From NCBI GenBank assembly GCA_963674695.2, contig CAXXGI010000002.1:672001-736000 (forward strand): a stretch of 64,000 bases of DNA, given 5' to 3'. This stretch comes from a bacterium. Its GTDB lineage: Bacteria; UBA10199; 2-02-FULL-44-16; JAAZCA01. Positions 10,473-21,320 of this stretch are shown here, in pieces. The notes beneath the pieces are model-generated. The model saw nothing but the letters and a program-made list of their open reading frames with translations. It made no database searches and was not told the origin of the DNA. Every line of letters begins with the position of its first letter. Position 1 is the stretch's first letter. The translations under genes were made by a program, and so were the position numbers.

Positions 10473-10621
10473 GCGAAAAAAAGACGCATTTCTAAGTTGT
10501 ACTCAGGGGAGTGTTCCGTGTCGCCGACCCTCTGATGGGGGAGTGCCCCCACTGCCGAAAAACGCTGCAGCAGGAGGTCGGGCAATGCGTCTAACACCTT
10601 GATTCAAAAGGAATGCCACTG

Positions 10622-10637
10622 TGGCATGCATCCTGCA
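10622..10637 (+). promoter_or_regulatory. sigma54 -24/-12 promoter of flp
   Basis: TGGCATGCATCCTGCA: GG-N10-GC. Confidence 0.65.
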
Positions 10638-10692
10638 AACGCATGTAGCACATCGATTTGCCGTTGTCATGATGCATTTCACGGGAGGGGAT

Positions 10693-10893
10693 ATGCGTAG
10701 ACAGAGAGGGAAAAAACTCAACCGCAAGGGGCAGTCGGCCACCGAGTACATGCTCATCATCGCCGTCGTGGTCTTGGGGCTTGTCTCCGCGGCGAGCCAC
10801 TTCATCCCGACGTTCAACCAGGCGGTGGAGGGGCTCGCGCAGAATGTCTCGGGCTGGCTGACGACGAATCAGGAGATGGCGAATCCGCAGTAG
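10693..10893 (+). CDS. flp: Flp family (type IVc/Tad) pilin
   Basis: RKGQSATEYMLII prepilin/Flp motif (G|xxxxEY) plus hydrophobic helix; 66 aa; GGAGGGG RBS. Confidence 0.9.
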   Translation: MRRQRGKKLNRKGQSATEYMLIIAVVVLGLVSAASHFIPTFNQAVEGLAQNVSGWLTTNQEMANPQ

Positions 10894-10982
10894 AGCCGAA
10901 GGGCGATCGCGAGCAAGGCTCGCTAGGGCGAGGGACGATCGCCGCCTTTGGTGGCTGAGATTGCGGACAAACCTGTGTTTTT

Positions 10983-11052
10983 GTCATCCCCGCGAACGCG
11001 GGGATCTCGATTTGCCCGTTATAAGCGAGATTCCCGCTTTCGCGGGAATGAC
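10983..11052. repeat. REP doublet
   Basis: GTCATCCCCGCGAACGCGGGGATC ... GATTCCCGCTTTCGCGGGAATGAC inverted pair. Confidence 0.7.
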
Positions 11053-11089
11053 ACCGTACCAAATGAGGACTCACCTTCGAGAGGTGTCC

Positions 11090-11610
11090 ATGCGCTCTTC
11101 AAAGAAAACGTTCATCGGTTCACGGTTCACCGTTTACGGTTCACGGTCTTCACAGAAGGGCCAATCGGTTGTTGCGTTCGCGCTGGTCCTGCCGCTTGTG
11201 GTGCTGCTCATCCTCGTGGTGGTCGGCATCGCGTTCATGAGTATGCGCGGGATCGTTGCACAGGCAGCGGCGGAAAAAGGCGCGCGGCAGGTCTCGACCT
11301 TTGCGACAGCTGGCTTGGCGGGGTGAGCGCTTTGCGCTCAATCTTCCGGCCTTCTTTCGTGGTGGCATCGCCGAGGTCGCGCTGCCCGGTGATGATGGCC
11401 GCGCTCGGCGATCGAATGCCGAGGAGGGTCGCATTCAGCTCGATGCCCTGGCGGACACGATCCTGAACGTGCGCGCCCTTCGTGCGGGGCGCGTCGTGCG
11501 CCGCGCATCCCCGGTGATCCCCGCGATGGAGCGGGGGGCTTTCCGACGCCCATCTGCAGGAGGGGGACACGCCGTCGGCCTATTGCCGCGAGGGGGGAGG
11601 GATATCGCCG
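11090..11610 (+). pseudogene. TadE-like pseudopilin, frameshifted (stop at 11326, probably continues in another frame)
   Basis: QKGQSVVAFALVLPLVVLL...AAAEKGAR motif; premature stop. The 3' end is approximate. Confidence 0.6.
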
Positions 11611-12435
11611 ATGCCGACGCCTGCGCTAAAACGACGGGATGGATCCGTGCTCATCCTGACACTCATCGTCATTCCGATCTTCGTGGTGTTGCTCGCGCTC
11701 GTCGTGACGATCGGTCAGTTGGCGGTAACCCCGGGCGCGGCTGCAGACCGCGGCCGATCGTGCGGCCTACGCGGGCGCGGCGAGCCTCGCCCATTCGCTC
11801 AACCGGATGGCGCGCTCCAACTGGGAGCTGCACCACGCCTTTCGGGATCTCGAAGCGGATTTCTCCACCGACAACCAGCAGACCCAGAGTGCCGCCGAGC
11901 AGCGCCTGCAGCGCTATGAGGCTGCACGCGAGATGGCGCTCGCCGAGCTCGATGCGCTTCGTTCCGAAATGGGTGCGCGCGCCGAGGCGGTGGCACGAGG
12001 TTTGATTCTACGCAATGCGCCGGGAAGCCTGGTCGACGTGCGCGTTCCCTTTGATATCCAGCTCTCGATCGCCTCGACCCGGAGCAGTGGGCGCGCATCG
12101 AATATGCCTATAATGAAGAGATGAGTCTGCCCGAGCCCGAGCGCGTGGAATCCGGTTCGGTTGAGGCGCTGCGTTTCATCGCCAAGGTGCCTGTGGCCGA
12201 TGCGTTCATCGCGGTGCGCGCCAAAAAAACGGTGCGCCCGCTCCTGCTCGCGCGCACCTTCGGCGACGAGCTGCGCATCGAGGTACAGGCATCCGCCCAC
12301 GCCTTCGGCGGATCGCTCTCGGACTTTGCCCAAAAAACGACGGATTCGATCGAGGCGGCGGAAGCGCTCCTCGACGCACATCAGGCTGACCGCCTCTACC
12401 GCGCTGCCCTGCTGCCCGAGGGAGATGTTGAGTAA
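11611..12435 (+). pseudogene. TadG-like pseudopilin split over three ORFs
   Basis: RRDGSVLILTLIVIP N-terminus, then fragments 11807-12124 and 12121-12435. Confidence 0.6.
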
Positions 12436-12487
12436 CCTATTGATAATAGGAGGAAAGTTTTGTGCCCCTTGAATCGCACCGAGAGGA

Positions 12488-12507
12488 TGTATACAATTAT
12501 GTATACA
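12488..12507. promoter_or_regulatory. Tandem TGTATACA palindromes, likely TA autoregulation operator
   Basis: TGTATACA at 12488-12495 and 12500-12507, upstream of the antitoxin. Confidence 0.6.
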
Positions 12508-12543
12508 ATAACGCATACATTTTTTCCCTCAAGGGGGTTGGAC

Positions 12544-12792
12544 ATGAACGGAGCGACGGTGCGCATTTCCCCTGGAACGCGTGATCTTCTGCGTGAACTC
12601 GCACGCGAGGAGCAGTCATCGATGCAGGCGGTTTTAGAACAGGCCGTCGAACACTATCGGCGCGAACGATTTCTCCATCGGGCGAACATGGCCTTCGCGG
12701 CCTTGCGCGAGGATCCTGCCGCGTGGCGTGAAGAGATGCGAGAGCGCGAAGAGTGGGATGCCACACTCGCCGATGGTGAGGAGGAGAACTGA
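12544..12792 (+). CDS. Ribbon-helix-helix antitoxin
   Basis: TVRISPGTRDLLRELA RHH signature, acidic C-terminus, TGATG overlap with the toxin. Confidence 0.85.
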   Translation: MNGATVRISPGTRDLLRELAREEQSSMQAVLEQAVEHYRRERFLHRANMAFAALREDPAAWREEMREREEWDATLADGEEEN

Positions 12793-13136
12793 TGCCGGAA
12801 AAAATTCGCCGAGCAGATATTTGGTTTGCGCGTTTGACCAAGGGGGTTGGTCACGAGACGCACGGCGCTCGCCCCGTGGTCGTCCTCTCCGTCGATGCCT
12901 TCAACAATGGGCCGTCTGGCCTCGTCGTGGTGGCGCCGCTGACGACTCGAGAAAAGGGAATCCCCTTTCATGTGGCACTCGCGGCGCCCGATGGCGGCGT
13001 GGTGCAGAACAGTTACATCAAGTGCGAAGAGGTGCGTTCCATTTCACGGGATCGCCTCTTTCAACGCTTGGGTTCGATTTCATCGCAGGCGCTCTCCGAT
13101 ATCGAGGATCGTCTTCGCATCCTCCTGCTGCTGTGA
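12792..13136 (+). CDS. PemK/MazF family endoribonuclease toxin
   Basis: RRADIW...GHETHGARPVVVLS..FN...VVAPLTT...EEVRSISRDRL. Confidence 0.92.
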   Translation: MPEKIRRADIWFARLTKGVGHETHGARPVVVLSVDAFNNGPSGLVVVAPLTTREKGIPFHVALAAPDGGVVQNSYIKCEEVRSISRDRLFQRLGSISSQALSDIEDRLRILLLL

Positions 13137-13209
13137 TGTGCTGCATCGCTGCCGCCGCCGCGGCGGCGGCAGTAGTGCGCTAACTCCCTGATTTATCAAC
13201 CCCAGATTT

Positions 13210-13225
13210 CGGCACGATTCCTGCA
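13210..13225 (+). promoter_or_regulatory. sigma54 -24/-12 promoter for the tadE-rcpC operon
   Basis: CGGCACGATTCCTGCA: GG-N10-GC. Confidence 0.6.
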
Positions 13226-13238
13226 GTACCCCTTCGAT

Positions 13239-13595
13239 ATGAAACGTGCATCCGCACACCATCGTGATCGGGGCCACGCCTGCATCGAACTCGTGGTCGT
13301 CGTTCCCCTCATCGCGGCGTGGATCCTCCTCATCGTGCAGGTCGGCCTCGTCTTCGAACGCCAGATGCGCGCGATCGATCAGGCCGGCGCCGAGGCATCG
13401 CGTCGCCTTCGCGCGTGGGAGGAAGCGCATCGCGCGCAGGGGTTTTCGCGCCCCTGTCTGCGGCAGATGCCGGAGCCGGAGCAGCGCGTCGTGGTGCGCG
13501 GGGCCGCCACCCGCATCGGTTGGGGGGTGTTTCGCATCGAGCATCAACCGGAAGGGGAGGTCGCTCTTGTCGACGAACCGATCTGCATCGATTGA
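13239..13595 (+). CDS. TadE-like pseudopilin
   Basis: RGHACIELVVVVPL (G|xxxxE) plus TM helix. Confidence 0.75.
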   Translation: MKRASAHHRDRGHACIELVVVVPLIAAWILLIVQVGLVFERQMRAIDQAGAEASRRLRAWEEAHRAQGFSRPCLRQMPEPEQRVVVRGAATRIGWGVFRIEHQPEGEVALVDEPICID

Positions 13596-14409
13596 ACAGC
13601 ACATCCGCCGCCGGCCGTGGCTCGTCGCCGCCATCGCTGCCCTCATCGGCGTGCTCCTGGCCGCGGGCTATCTCGATCGACGCGAGGATGAATTGCTGCA
13701 CATCGCCGAGCCGCAGGCCGTTGTCGTTGCGCGCGCGGCACTCGCGCCGGGCGCCATGATCGATGCGGATGATCTGGCAAGCGCCCGCCTGCCGCGGCGG
13801 TTCGTTCCCCCGGGCGCGATCACCGATGCCGATGACGCCGTCGGGCGCATCGCCGCGGTGGCGATGCCGAAGGGAACGGTGCTCACCGCCGCGATGGCGC
13901 GCACGCCCGGTGCCGCCGGGGCACTCGCCGCGGCTATTCCCGCGGGTGCGCGCGCCGTGGCCCTGCCGGTGGAGGGGGCGGCGGGACTCTTGCGCCTGAT
14001 CCATCCGGGCGATCGCGTCGATCTCATGGCCACCTTCGACCTGGATGCTGGCGGTGCGGAGCGGCGCACGACGATGACGATCCTGGAGAACGTCCCGGTG
14101 CTCGCCTGCGATGGTCATCTGCTCGACGCGATAGCCGCCGCCGCACCCGCCGGTCGCGTCGGCCTCTTCAACACGCGCGCGCCCGTCAGCACCAGAGAGA
14201 TCTCAACGCTCGTCGTCGCGGTTTCGCCCGAAGCGGCACAGCGCGTTGCGTTCGCGCAGCAGACGGGTGTCCTTGCCGTGAGCGTGCGCGCCTTCGGCGA
14301 CGAGGAGGGGGAGGGCGAGACGCTCCCCACGACCATCGCGTCGATGACCGGAAAATTCGAGCGCGTCCTGCCGATGCAGAAACGATTTCGTGAATACCGA
14401 GGGCGGTAG
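13567..14409 (+). CDS. cpaB: Flp pilus assembly protein CpaB/RcpC
   Basis: TM, SAF domain, G.RAV..V...PGDRVDL and VLA motifs; TTG start after GGGGAGG. Confidence 0.9.
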   Translation: MSTNRSASIEQHIRRRPWLVAAIAALIGVLLAAGYLDRREDELLHIAEPQAVVVARAALAPGAMIDADDLASARLPRRFVPPGAITDADDAVGRIAAVAMPKGTVLTAAMARTPGAAGALAAAIPAGARAVALPVEGAAGLLRLIHPGDRVDLMATFDLDAGGAERRTTMTILENVPVLACDGHLLDAIAAAAPAGRVGLFNTRAPVSTREISTLVVAVSPEAAQRVAFAQQTGVLAVSVRAFGDEEGEGETLPTTIASMTGKFERVLPMQKRFREYRGR

Positions 14410-14425
14410 CGCCCCTCCCTCTATT

Positions 14426-14513
14426 CCCTCCCCTTTGTAAGGGGAGGGTTAGGGTGGGGTAGATCTGGAAACCCCGATCTACCTCCCCTAGCCCCTCCTT
14501 ACAAAGGAGGGGG
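14426..14513. repeat. REP doublet (CCCTCCCCTTTGTAAGGGGAGGG family)
   Basis: Inverted pair; near-identical copy in the opposite orientation at 38814-38896. Confidence 0.75.
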
Positions 14514-14564
14514 ATGTAAGAGCGCATATGCGCGGAGCAAACCGTGAAATCGCTGTCGCCGCGA

Positions 14565-14621
14565 GGAGGAAATGAAGACCTTTTTTACAGGGTTATCGGA
14601 AAAAAGGTCTTCATTTCCTCC
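14565..14621. repeat. Perfect 22-bp inverted repeat with 13-nt loop
   Basis: GGAGGAAATGAAGACCTTTTTT / AAAAAAGGTCTTCATTTCCTCC. Confidence 0.85.
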
Positions 14622-14652
14622 GGGAGGCGACCTTGTGATCTGAAAGGTGGGG

Positions 14653-16182
14653 ATGAGGATGAGATGTCAATGGAAGATCATCGGTGTGCTGCTGGTACTG
14701 TCGATCGCCTCGCGCGCAAACGCCCAATCTCCGTCGACGCAGATTCTGATGAAGGGGCAGTCGACGACGCTGACGTTCGCCTATGAGATCGGTGACGTCG
14801 CCGTGGCCGATCGGCAGGTCTGCGACTATCTGGTGGGTCAGGAGCGGCGCTCGCTCTACCTCAATGCGCGCGCCGCGGGCGAGACGAGCGTTACCCTCTG
14901 GGATCGCGATGGCGCGCAGCGCGACGAGTATGTCGTGCGCGTGGTCACCACCACGCTCAAGGAAGCGCTCGCGCGCGCGACCGGAGCGTTCGGCGACATC
15001 GCCGGAGTGACGGTGCAGATCCGCGACGGGCGCGTCGAGATCGATGGCGCCATCGCCGATCCGGAAGAGTTTCGCCGCATCGAGGCGATGGCGCGCAAGG
15101 ATCCGCGCCTGCGCAGTCGCGTGCGCATCACGAGTGATGTCGTCGACGAGATCGCCCATGCCGTTCGGCGCGAGGTGGCCGTGCCCGGCGTCACGGTGCG
15201 CGCCGTGCGCGACCGCGTTCTGCTCGAAGGGGTCGCCTACAGCGCGGCAGATGCCAAACGCGCGGTCGAGATCGCGCGCATCTATCATCCGGAAATCCTC
15301 GACCTGATCGAAGTGCGCGAAACCGGTCGCCGCGTCGGGCAGGGCAGGATGATCGCGCTCGAATTTCACCTGATGGAGGTCAAACGCACCGCCCTCAAGG
15401 GGCTGGGCGTGAACTGGGCGCCCGGCGCTTTTCCCGGGGGTGGGGGGAATGCCTCCGTCGGTGGCGGCGGCGGTGCCGGGATGCTCGGCGCCATCGGTGG
15501 TCTTGGGCGCGAGCTGATCGGCTTTGTCTTTCAGCTGGCTCCGCGGCTGAATTTCATTCGACAGCGCGGGCAGGGGCGCGTCCTCGAAAATCCGCGCATG
15601 ATCGTCAAGAGCGGCGAGACGGCCAAGATCTTCTCCGGTTCTGAAGTCCCCTACTATCGCGGCGACGAGGTCCAGTTCAAAAAGGTGGGGGTCGAGATCG
15701 AGGCTGCTCCCATCGAGGCGGCCGACGGTGTCGATGTGAACCTCACGCTCAAACTCTCGGCGCCCTCGGCCGATATCCGCGGAGCCGTCGATACGCACAC
15801 GGTTGCCACCAGCGCCCTGTGTCGCTTCGGCCAGAGCCTGGTGCTGGGCAACATCATCCGCAGCGGGAGCGTGCGGATGAAAAATCGCGTCCCCTCCGGC
15901 GTGGACGCGAGCTCCGCGCTCTTCACGCTCTTTCTCTCGAAGGATTTTCAGGAGAACCGCTCCGAGTTCATCGTCTTCGTCACCCCGCGCGTGCTCGAGA
16001 TGCCCGATGCAGACGAGGCGCGCCTGCGCGATCTGCTCGCCACCGAGGGGGACATGGTGCGCAACCGGGCGAAGACCGAATATGAAACCTACCTCGATCG
16101 TCTCGAAGGAGGTGACGAAGCGAACGAGGCGAAACGCTCACGCGCGAAGGGGCGCACATCGCGGAGGCACCATTGGGAATAA
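14653..16182 (+). CDS. cpaC: Tad secretin RcpA/CpaC with BON-like domains
   Basis: Signal peptide; VAVAD...G.TSVTLWD N-domain; VLENPRMIVKSGETAKIFSGSEVPY; SEFIVFVTP. Confidence 0.9.
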   Translation: MRMRCQWKIIGVLLVLSIASRANAQSPSTQILMKGQSTTLTFAYEIGDVAVADRQVCDYLVGQERRSLYLNARAAGETSVTLWDRDGAQRDEYVVRVVTTTLKEALARATGAFGDIAGVTVQIRDGRVEIDGAIADPEEFRRIEAMARKDPRLRSRVRITSDVVDEIAHAVRREVAVPGVTVRAVRDRVLLEGVAYSAADAKRAVEIARIYHPEILDLIEVRETGRRVGQGRMIALEFHLMEVKRTALKGLGVNWAPGAFPGGGGNASVGGGGGAGMLGAIGGLGRELIGFVFQLAPRLNFIRQRGQGRVLENPRMIVKSGETAKIFSGSEVPYYRGDEVQFKKVGVEIEAAPIEAADGVDVNLTLKLSAPSADIRGAVDTHTVATSALCRFGQSLVLGNIIRSGSVRMKNRVPSGVDASSALFTLFLSKDFQENRSEFIVFVTPRVLEMPDADEARLRDLLATEGDMVRNRAKTEYETYLDRLEGGDEANEAKRSRAKGRTSRRHHWE

Positions 16183-16184
16183 TC

Positions 16185-18080
16185 ATGCATTCAAAGTGGG
16201 GATCGCTCCATGGCATCGCCCTCATCGATGGCACCGGCGGGCTCGACTCCCTCCATGCGGGCGAGTGTTTGGCGCGTTGGCTCGCTGCCGCCGGCGTGCG
16301 CACGCTCCTGTTGGAGACGCGCGCGATCGCATCGGATGAGGCGCGCACGCTCGAAGAGTGCGAGCGAAACCTGGTTCATCTGCAGCATGAAGCGCTGGCG
16401 GGTTTTCTCGCCTGGGACGACACGCGCCTCGGGCGCCTGGCCGGACTCGATCGTCCGATGGGGGAGGAGCTCCTGCGGCGATTGGCCGCCATCTACGATC
16501 TGCTGCTCTGGGTCGGCGCTGCCGATGATCGGTCAGCGTGCGACATCTCCGTGCCTGCGCTGCTCACCGTCGCTGCGGATACCGATGAAGGCGTGCGCGC
16601 CGCGGCGCGCGTGCTCGAAGGGATCGAGCGGGGAGGAGGCGCAACCGTCGTGTCGGGGTTTATCTTCTCCCTCTCGGATGGCGCGCTCGCAGCGCGTCTG
16701 GCTCGTCGCTGGCACCTTCCCTTCTGCGGCGCGCTCGACGATGTGGGACACGTCGCGCAGCGCCTCATCGATCGTGCCGTTGCGGTGGCGCCCGACCCAG
16801 TGCCATCGGCACCCATCGATGCCGGAATGATGATGGAGGCAGAGGCGCACCTCGCCCAGCGCGTGCTCGCCGCGCTTCGCGAGGATCCGGCGTTTCGGAA
16901 TGGGCGCATGCCGACGCATGATGCGGGCGCGATCACGGCGTTGCGCGAGCGCGTCGCGGGTGCGGCGCGCCGCATCCTGCACACGATGATGCCCTCCCTT
17001 CCCGCATCGGTCGATGCCGATGCGATTGTCTCCCGCGCCGTGAGCGATGCGGTCGGCTTCGGTCCGATCGACGCCTTTTTGCAGGATGCGGGTGTGACCG
17101 AGGTGATGGTCTGCGGCGATGGACCGATCTTCATCGAGCGCGCCGGAAAGGTCGAGGTGACCTCAGCGCGCTTTTGCGATCACGAACATCTGCTCACCGT
17201 CATCGAGCGCATGGTCGCGCCCGTCGGCAGGCGGATCGACGAATCCTCAGCGATGGTCGACGCGCGCCTGCCCGACGGGTCGCGTGTGAACGCCGTCATT
17301 CCCCCGCTGGCCGTCGATGGACCGCAGGTGACCATTCGTAAACGTGCGCAGCATCGATTCGATCTCAAAACGCTCGCGACAAACACAACGCTCACCGAGG
17401 AGGCCGCCCGTTTTTTCGGCGCCTGCGTGCGCCATCGACTGAGCATCCTGGTCTCGGGCGGGACCGGTTCGGGCAAGACCACCTTGCTCGGCGCGCTGGC
17501 CGCCGAGATCGATCAGGCCGAACGGATCATCACCATCGAGGATGCGGTCGAACTCGATCTGGGTGCACCGCACGTCGTGCGCCTGGAGGCACGCCCGCCC
17601 AACCTCGAGGGAGCGGGTGGGGTGAGCATTCGCGATCTCGTGCGCAACGCCCTGCGCATGCGCCCCGACCGGATCATCGTCGGCGAGTGTCGCGGCGCGG
17701 AGGCGCTCGACATGCTGCAGGCCATGAACACGGGGCATGAGGGATCGCTGACCACGGTGCACGCCAACGGCGTGCGCGAGGCGCTCTCGCGTCTGGAGAC
17801 GATGGTGCTCATGGCCGGCTGTGCGTTGCCGCTGACTGCCGTGCGCGAACAGATTGCGCGTGCGATCGACCTGATCGTGCAGATTGCGCGCGATGCCGAC
17901 GGCGCGCGCCGTGTGATCGAGATCGCCGAGATCACCGGCATGGAGGGGCCGACCCTGCTCATGCAGGCGATCTTCACCCGTGAGCGGCACGGAATCCTCC
18001 ATCGCACGGGACTGATGCCCCGTTTTCTCGAACGCCTGCCGCGCGCGGAATTTTTCGACGATGAGGAGGGCCGGGCATGA
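16185..18080 (+). CDS. tadA: TadA/CpaF pilus ATPase with degenerate N-terminal TadZ/MinD-like extension
   Basis: Walker [45 protein letters not shown]. Confidence 0.95.
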   Translation: MHSKWGSLHGIALIDGTGGLDSLHAGECLARWLAAAGVRTLLLETRAIASDEARTLEECERNLVHLQHEALAGFLAWDDTRLGRLAGLDRPMGEELLRRLAAIYDLLLWVGAADDRSACDISVPALLTVAADTDEGVRAAARVLEGIERGGGATVVSGFIFSLSDGALAARLARRWHLPFCGALDDVGHVAQRLIDRAVAVAPDPVPSAPIDAGMMMEAEAHLAQRVLAALREDPAFRNGRMPTHDAGAITALRERVAGAARRILHTMMPSLPASVDADAIVSRAVSDAVGFGPIDAFLQDAGVTEVMVCGDGPIFIERAGKVEVTSARFCDHEHLLTVIERMVAPVGRRIDESSAMVDARLPDGSRVNAVIPPLAVDGPQVTIRKRAQHRFDLKTLATNTTLTEEAARFFGACVRHRLSILVSGGTGSGKTTLLGALAAEIDQAERIITIEDAVELDLGAPHVVRLEARPPNLEGAGGVSIRDLVRNALRMRPDRIIVGECRGAEALDMLQAMNTGHEGSLTTVHANGVREALSRLETMVLMAGCALPLTAVREQIARAIDLIVQIARDADGARRVIEIAEITGMEGPTLLMQAIFTRERHGILHRTGLMPRFLERLPRAEFFDDEEGRA

Positions 18081-18856
18081 TCGCGTTTCTCCTCAAGTGG
18101 GCCTCCTGTCTGTCGTTCGCCGTCGCGGGAATCGTTGGTGGGTATATGCTTCGCGCGCACGGCCTGTATCGCCTGCGCTCGGGCTTGCGCCGACAACAGG
18201 AGCGGCTCGAGCGCGAGGCCGACCGCAGCGGCCTGGAGGGTCTCTTCGCCTCCCCCGTCTGGGGAGCTGTGGCGATGCTGGTGCGGCCGGCCGTGGCCCT
18301 TCGCCGTCGACGGCGTCTCAAGCGCATCGATGCGCAGCTCGGCGATGCGCTCGTGCTCTTGGGGAACGCGCTTCGTGCGGGGCTCTCGTTTGCGCAGGCG
18401 ATCACGCTCGCCGCACATGAAGTGCCTGCTCCGCTCGGGCAGGAGTTCGAGCGCGTCGCCGGGGCCCTGCGCCTCGGACGTCGCACCGAGGAGGCGCTCG
18501 AGGCGCTGCGCGAGCGCGCCCCGACCGAAGACGTCACGCTCTTCGTGCAGACGGTGACGATCCTGCGCCGCAGCGGCGGCAACCTGATCGAGACCTTCGA
18601 GCGCCTGGCCGCAACGATCGAGGCGCGCCGACGCGTCGGGCAGCGCCTGCAAACCCTCATGGCCAACAATGCGGTGCAGGGTGCGGTGCTTCTGCTCATG
18701 CCCTGGCTCCTGGCGGGCGCGCTCGCGATGGTCGCACCGGAGTATCTGCTGCCGCTGATCTCGACGCGGCTGGGAAATCTGTTCATGGCTGTGGCCGTCA
18801 TGCTCGAGCTGATCGGCGGCCTCTGGCTGCGCCGGATCGTTTCCATCCGCGTCTGA
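18077..18856 (+). CDS. tadB: TadB (T2SS F family)
   Basis: [28 protein letters not shown]; TM helices. Confidence 0.9.
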   Translation: MIAFLLKWASCLSFAVAGIVGGYMLRAHGLYRLRSGLRRQQERLEREADRSGLEGLFASPVWGAVAMLVRPAVALRRRRRLKRIDAQLGDALVLLGNALRAGLSFAQAITLAAHEVPAPLGQEFERVAGALRLGRRTEEALEALRERAPTEDVTLFVQTVTILRRSGGNLIETFERLAATIEARRRVGQRLQTLMANNAVQGAVLLLMPWLLAGALAMVAPEYLLPLISTRLGNLFMAVAVMLELIGGLWLRRIVSIRV

Positions 18857-18881
18857 TCGCGCGGAAGAGAAGGGACGTGAC

Positions 18882-19481
18882 ATGGGTCAGAAGGGAATAA
18901 GCGGAATCGCATTGCTGACGATGATCGGCATCCTCCTCTTCAGGGTAGATGTCGATGCGAACGAGCGCCTTCCCTATCGCATCGTCGCCGATGTCGTGCA
19001 GGGGGATGCAACGATTCGACAACATCGAATTGCGCGCGTCCATGCGCCTGTGGGCGACGACGAGGAGATGCGCATTCTCTGGCAGCGCGCTGCCGACGGC
19101 GCGTGGCTGGCCCGTGCGCGCGGAGGTCCCGATCGCGTCGGTGCGCAGGAGGCGTTCGCCTTTCGACTGGAGGATGAGCAGGGGCTTCCCGCCGTCGCTA
19201 TGCGCGGCGTGCTCGTCGCGCGCGAGGAGATTGCGATCGCCGGGGAGACTGGTGTTCTCTGTGATGTTACCGTTCAGGGCGATGCGGATGGAGCGGATGT
19301 CTCCGATGTGCGTGCGGTGCATGCGTCAGGAACGGGGCGCGTCCTCATCGATACAGAAACCCGGCGATGGCGTTCGGGAACGCTTGCGATGGAGCGCCGC
19401 ATCGAGCTTCCGGCCTGGCACTTCGATCGTGCGCCGATGCGCGAGGAGACCCAGGCGATCGCCTGGTCGGAGATGCCGTGA
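18882..19481 (+). CDS. Hypothetical exported protein
   Basis: ORF between tadB and tadC with an N-terminal hydrophobic segment. Confidence 0.6.
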   Translation: MGQKGISGIALLTMIGILLFRVDVDANERLPYRIVADVVQGDATIRQHRIARVHAPVGDDEEMRILWQRAADGAWLARARGGPDRVGAQEAFAFRLEDEQGLPAVAMRGVLVAREEIAIAGETGVLCDVTVQGDADGADVSDVRAVHASGTGRVLIDTETRRWRSGTLAMERRIELPAWHFDRAPMREETQAIAWSEMP

Positions 19482-19527
19482 GAAACAGAGACCGTTTGCA
19501 TGAGGTTGTCTTCGCGGGACTGGGTTT

Positions 19528-19551
19528 GTCATCCCCGTGAAAACGGGGATC
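19528..19551. repeat. REP-like palindrome
   Basis: Identical to 7251-7274. Confidence 0.7.
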
Positions 19552-19580
19552 TCGATGTTTCTTGAATATCCGGAGGGGAG

Positions 19581-20453
19581 ATGGCTTTCGATGCGGTCAT
19601 CGGCGTGATGTTCGTGGGAATGGCGATCGTTGTCGCCGCGCATGCTTGGATCTCGCGCAGGCGTCGCGTGCGGGATGAGGGCGAGCGGGCGCGGGATCGC
19701 GCGCTCGCCACGGCCGAGCGCGTGGTGGCGTGGCTGCGCCGATATCATACCTTTGGGCGCGTGGCGAATGCGTTGGGGATGCGCGCCTCCCTTGCCGCGG
19801 CGGGCGTTCGCGCGGGGCTCCCTGAGCGCTTCGATGCGGATCTTCTCCTCCTCCTCTGTGCGGCGTTCGCTGCAGCGGGGGCAATCTGGGGGGCGCTCGT
19901 CATCGGTTCGGGTGCGGGCATCTGTGTCTGCGCATGCGCGGGCGCTTCGATGGTGCCGCTGCTGCTCTCCGCACGAGCACGACGGCGACAGGAGGCAATC
20001 GAGCGCGCGCTGCCGTTCGTGCTCGACGGCATCGTCCTGGCCGTCGAGGCGGGCCTGGATTTCAACGCCGCGCTCGCGCGCGTCGTCGCGGGGGCGCAGC
20101 CCGGGCCGCTGCGCGATGAACTCGGAATTGCGCAGCGCGATCTGCGCATGGGCGCGACCCGGCGCGAGGCCCTGACCGCGCTGGCTCGACGCGTGCCGAT
20201 GCCGGCGATGGCCTCCGTCGTGGCGCTCGTGACGCAGGCCGACCGCCTCGGTGCGCGCCTGGGTCCCGTCTTGCGCGTGGCGGCCGATCGTCAGCGGGAG
20301 GCACGACTGGCGCGCGCCGAGCGTCGGGGCGCGGCGGCGAGCACCATGGCCCTCATCCCGCTCGTCTTCTGCATCATGCCGGCAACCTTTATCGTCGTCT
20401 TCGGGCCGCTCGTCGTGCGCTTCGTCACGGGCGGCATCGAGGCCTTCTTTTGA
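19581..20453 (+). CDS. tadC: TadC (T2SS F family)
   Basis: LPFVLD...AVEAGL.F.AAL, R.EAL, PLVFCIMPA.FIV..GP. Confidence 0.9.
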   Translation: MAFDAVIGVMFVGMAIVVAAHAWISRRRRVRDEGERARDRALATAERVVAWLRRYHTFGRVANALGMRASLAAAGVRAGLPERFDADLLLLLCAAFAAAGAIWGALVIGSGAGICVCACAGASMVPLLLSARARRRQEAIERALPFVLDGIVLAVEAGLDFNAALARVVAGAQPGPLRDELGIAQRDLRMGATRREALTALARRVPMPAMASVVALVTQADRLGARLGPVLRVAADRQREARLARAERRGAAASTMALIPLVFCIMPATFIVVFGPLVVRFVTGGIEAFF

Positions 20454-20460
20454 GGAGTTT

Positions 20461-20901
20461 ATGTCGCTGACGAGCATCCTCGGATGGATTCTTTTGACGG
20501 TGGCCGTCGCCGGGGCATTCGTTCTGCGCCGTCGCGCTGCGGCGCCGGATGATGTGCCTTCGACACCGGTTTCGCAATCGAACGAGATCGCGGATGCAGC
20601 GCGATGGTGCGATGTCCTGGAATCCATCGCTGGCGGCGAGGTCTTTCTCGTCGATGCGAGCCTTCGGATCTGCGCCGCAGGGATGCGTGGCGAGGTTCGA
20701 GGAATGACGCGCGGACGGCACCTGATCGATCTGGTCGTCGGCGATGCGGCTTCTCCCGCCATCGCCTGCGTTCGGCGGGCCCAGCGCGATGGCTCGGCAT
20801 CGTGGACGGGCGCCGTCGAAGGGGGCACTGTTCAGGTCCGTGCCGCGGCGCTCGATGGAGGGGTGGTCTTCGTGCGGTGGTGTCGGGAGGGAAGGCCATG
20901 A
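20461..20901 (+). CDS. Hypothetical membrane-anchored protein (possible degenerate PAS)
   Basis: GAGGAG RBS, N-terminal TM, coupled to neighbours. Confidence 0.6.
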   Translation: MSLTSILGWILLTVAVAGAFVLRRRAAAPDDVPSTPVSQSNEIADAARWCDVLESIAGGEVFLVDASLRICAAGMRGEVRGMTRGRHLIDLVVGDAASPAIACVRRAQRDGSASWTGAVEGGTVQVRAAALDGGVVFVRWCREGRP

Positions 20902-21320
20902 CGTTCTCGCGTCGATCGATGATGATGGTGATCCTGACGGTCATCGCCCTGGCGGGTCTCTTTCTCGTGCATCGGAAGACGGAACGACCGACGCCGATCG
21001 CGGAGTATTCGTCGATGGATGTGGCCCCATCTGTGACGCCCGCCGATGCGCTCGGCGCCTGGCTGCTGCGCGAGGGTCGATGCGCCCTTCACACGCGTCG
21101 ATATCGTTCGGCGCGCCGGGCCGCAGCGCTCTCCCGCGCGCTTATCCCATCGGAACGCAGCCAGACCCTTGCGCGCGCGATCGATCGCGTGCAGCAGCGC
21201 GCATTCGTGCGCTGGCAGGATCAGGCGCGCGATGCCCAGCGCGCGGGCGATTATGATCGCGCCCGTCGCGCCCGCGCGCGCGCCAAAGCGTTTGCCCCGA
21301 ATGTCGAGGAGGACGGATGA
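20898..21320 (+). CDS. Hypothetical membrane-anchored TPR-like protein
   Basis: ATGA overlaps on both sides; TM plus helical repeats. Confidence 0.6.
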   Translation: MTFSRRSMMMVILTVIALAGLFLVHRKTERPTPIAEYSSMDVAPSVTPADALGAWLLREGRCALHTRRYRSARRAAALSRALIPSERSQTLARAIDRVQQRAFVRWQDQARDAQRAGDYDRARRARARAKAFAPNVEEDG

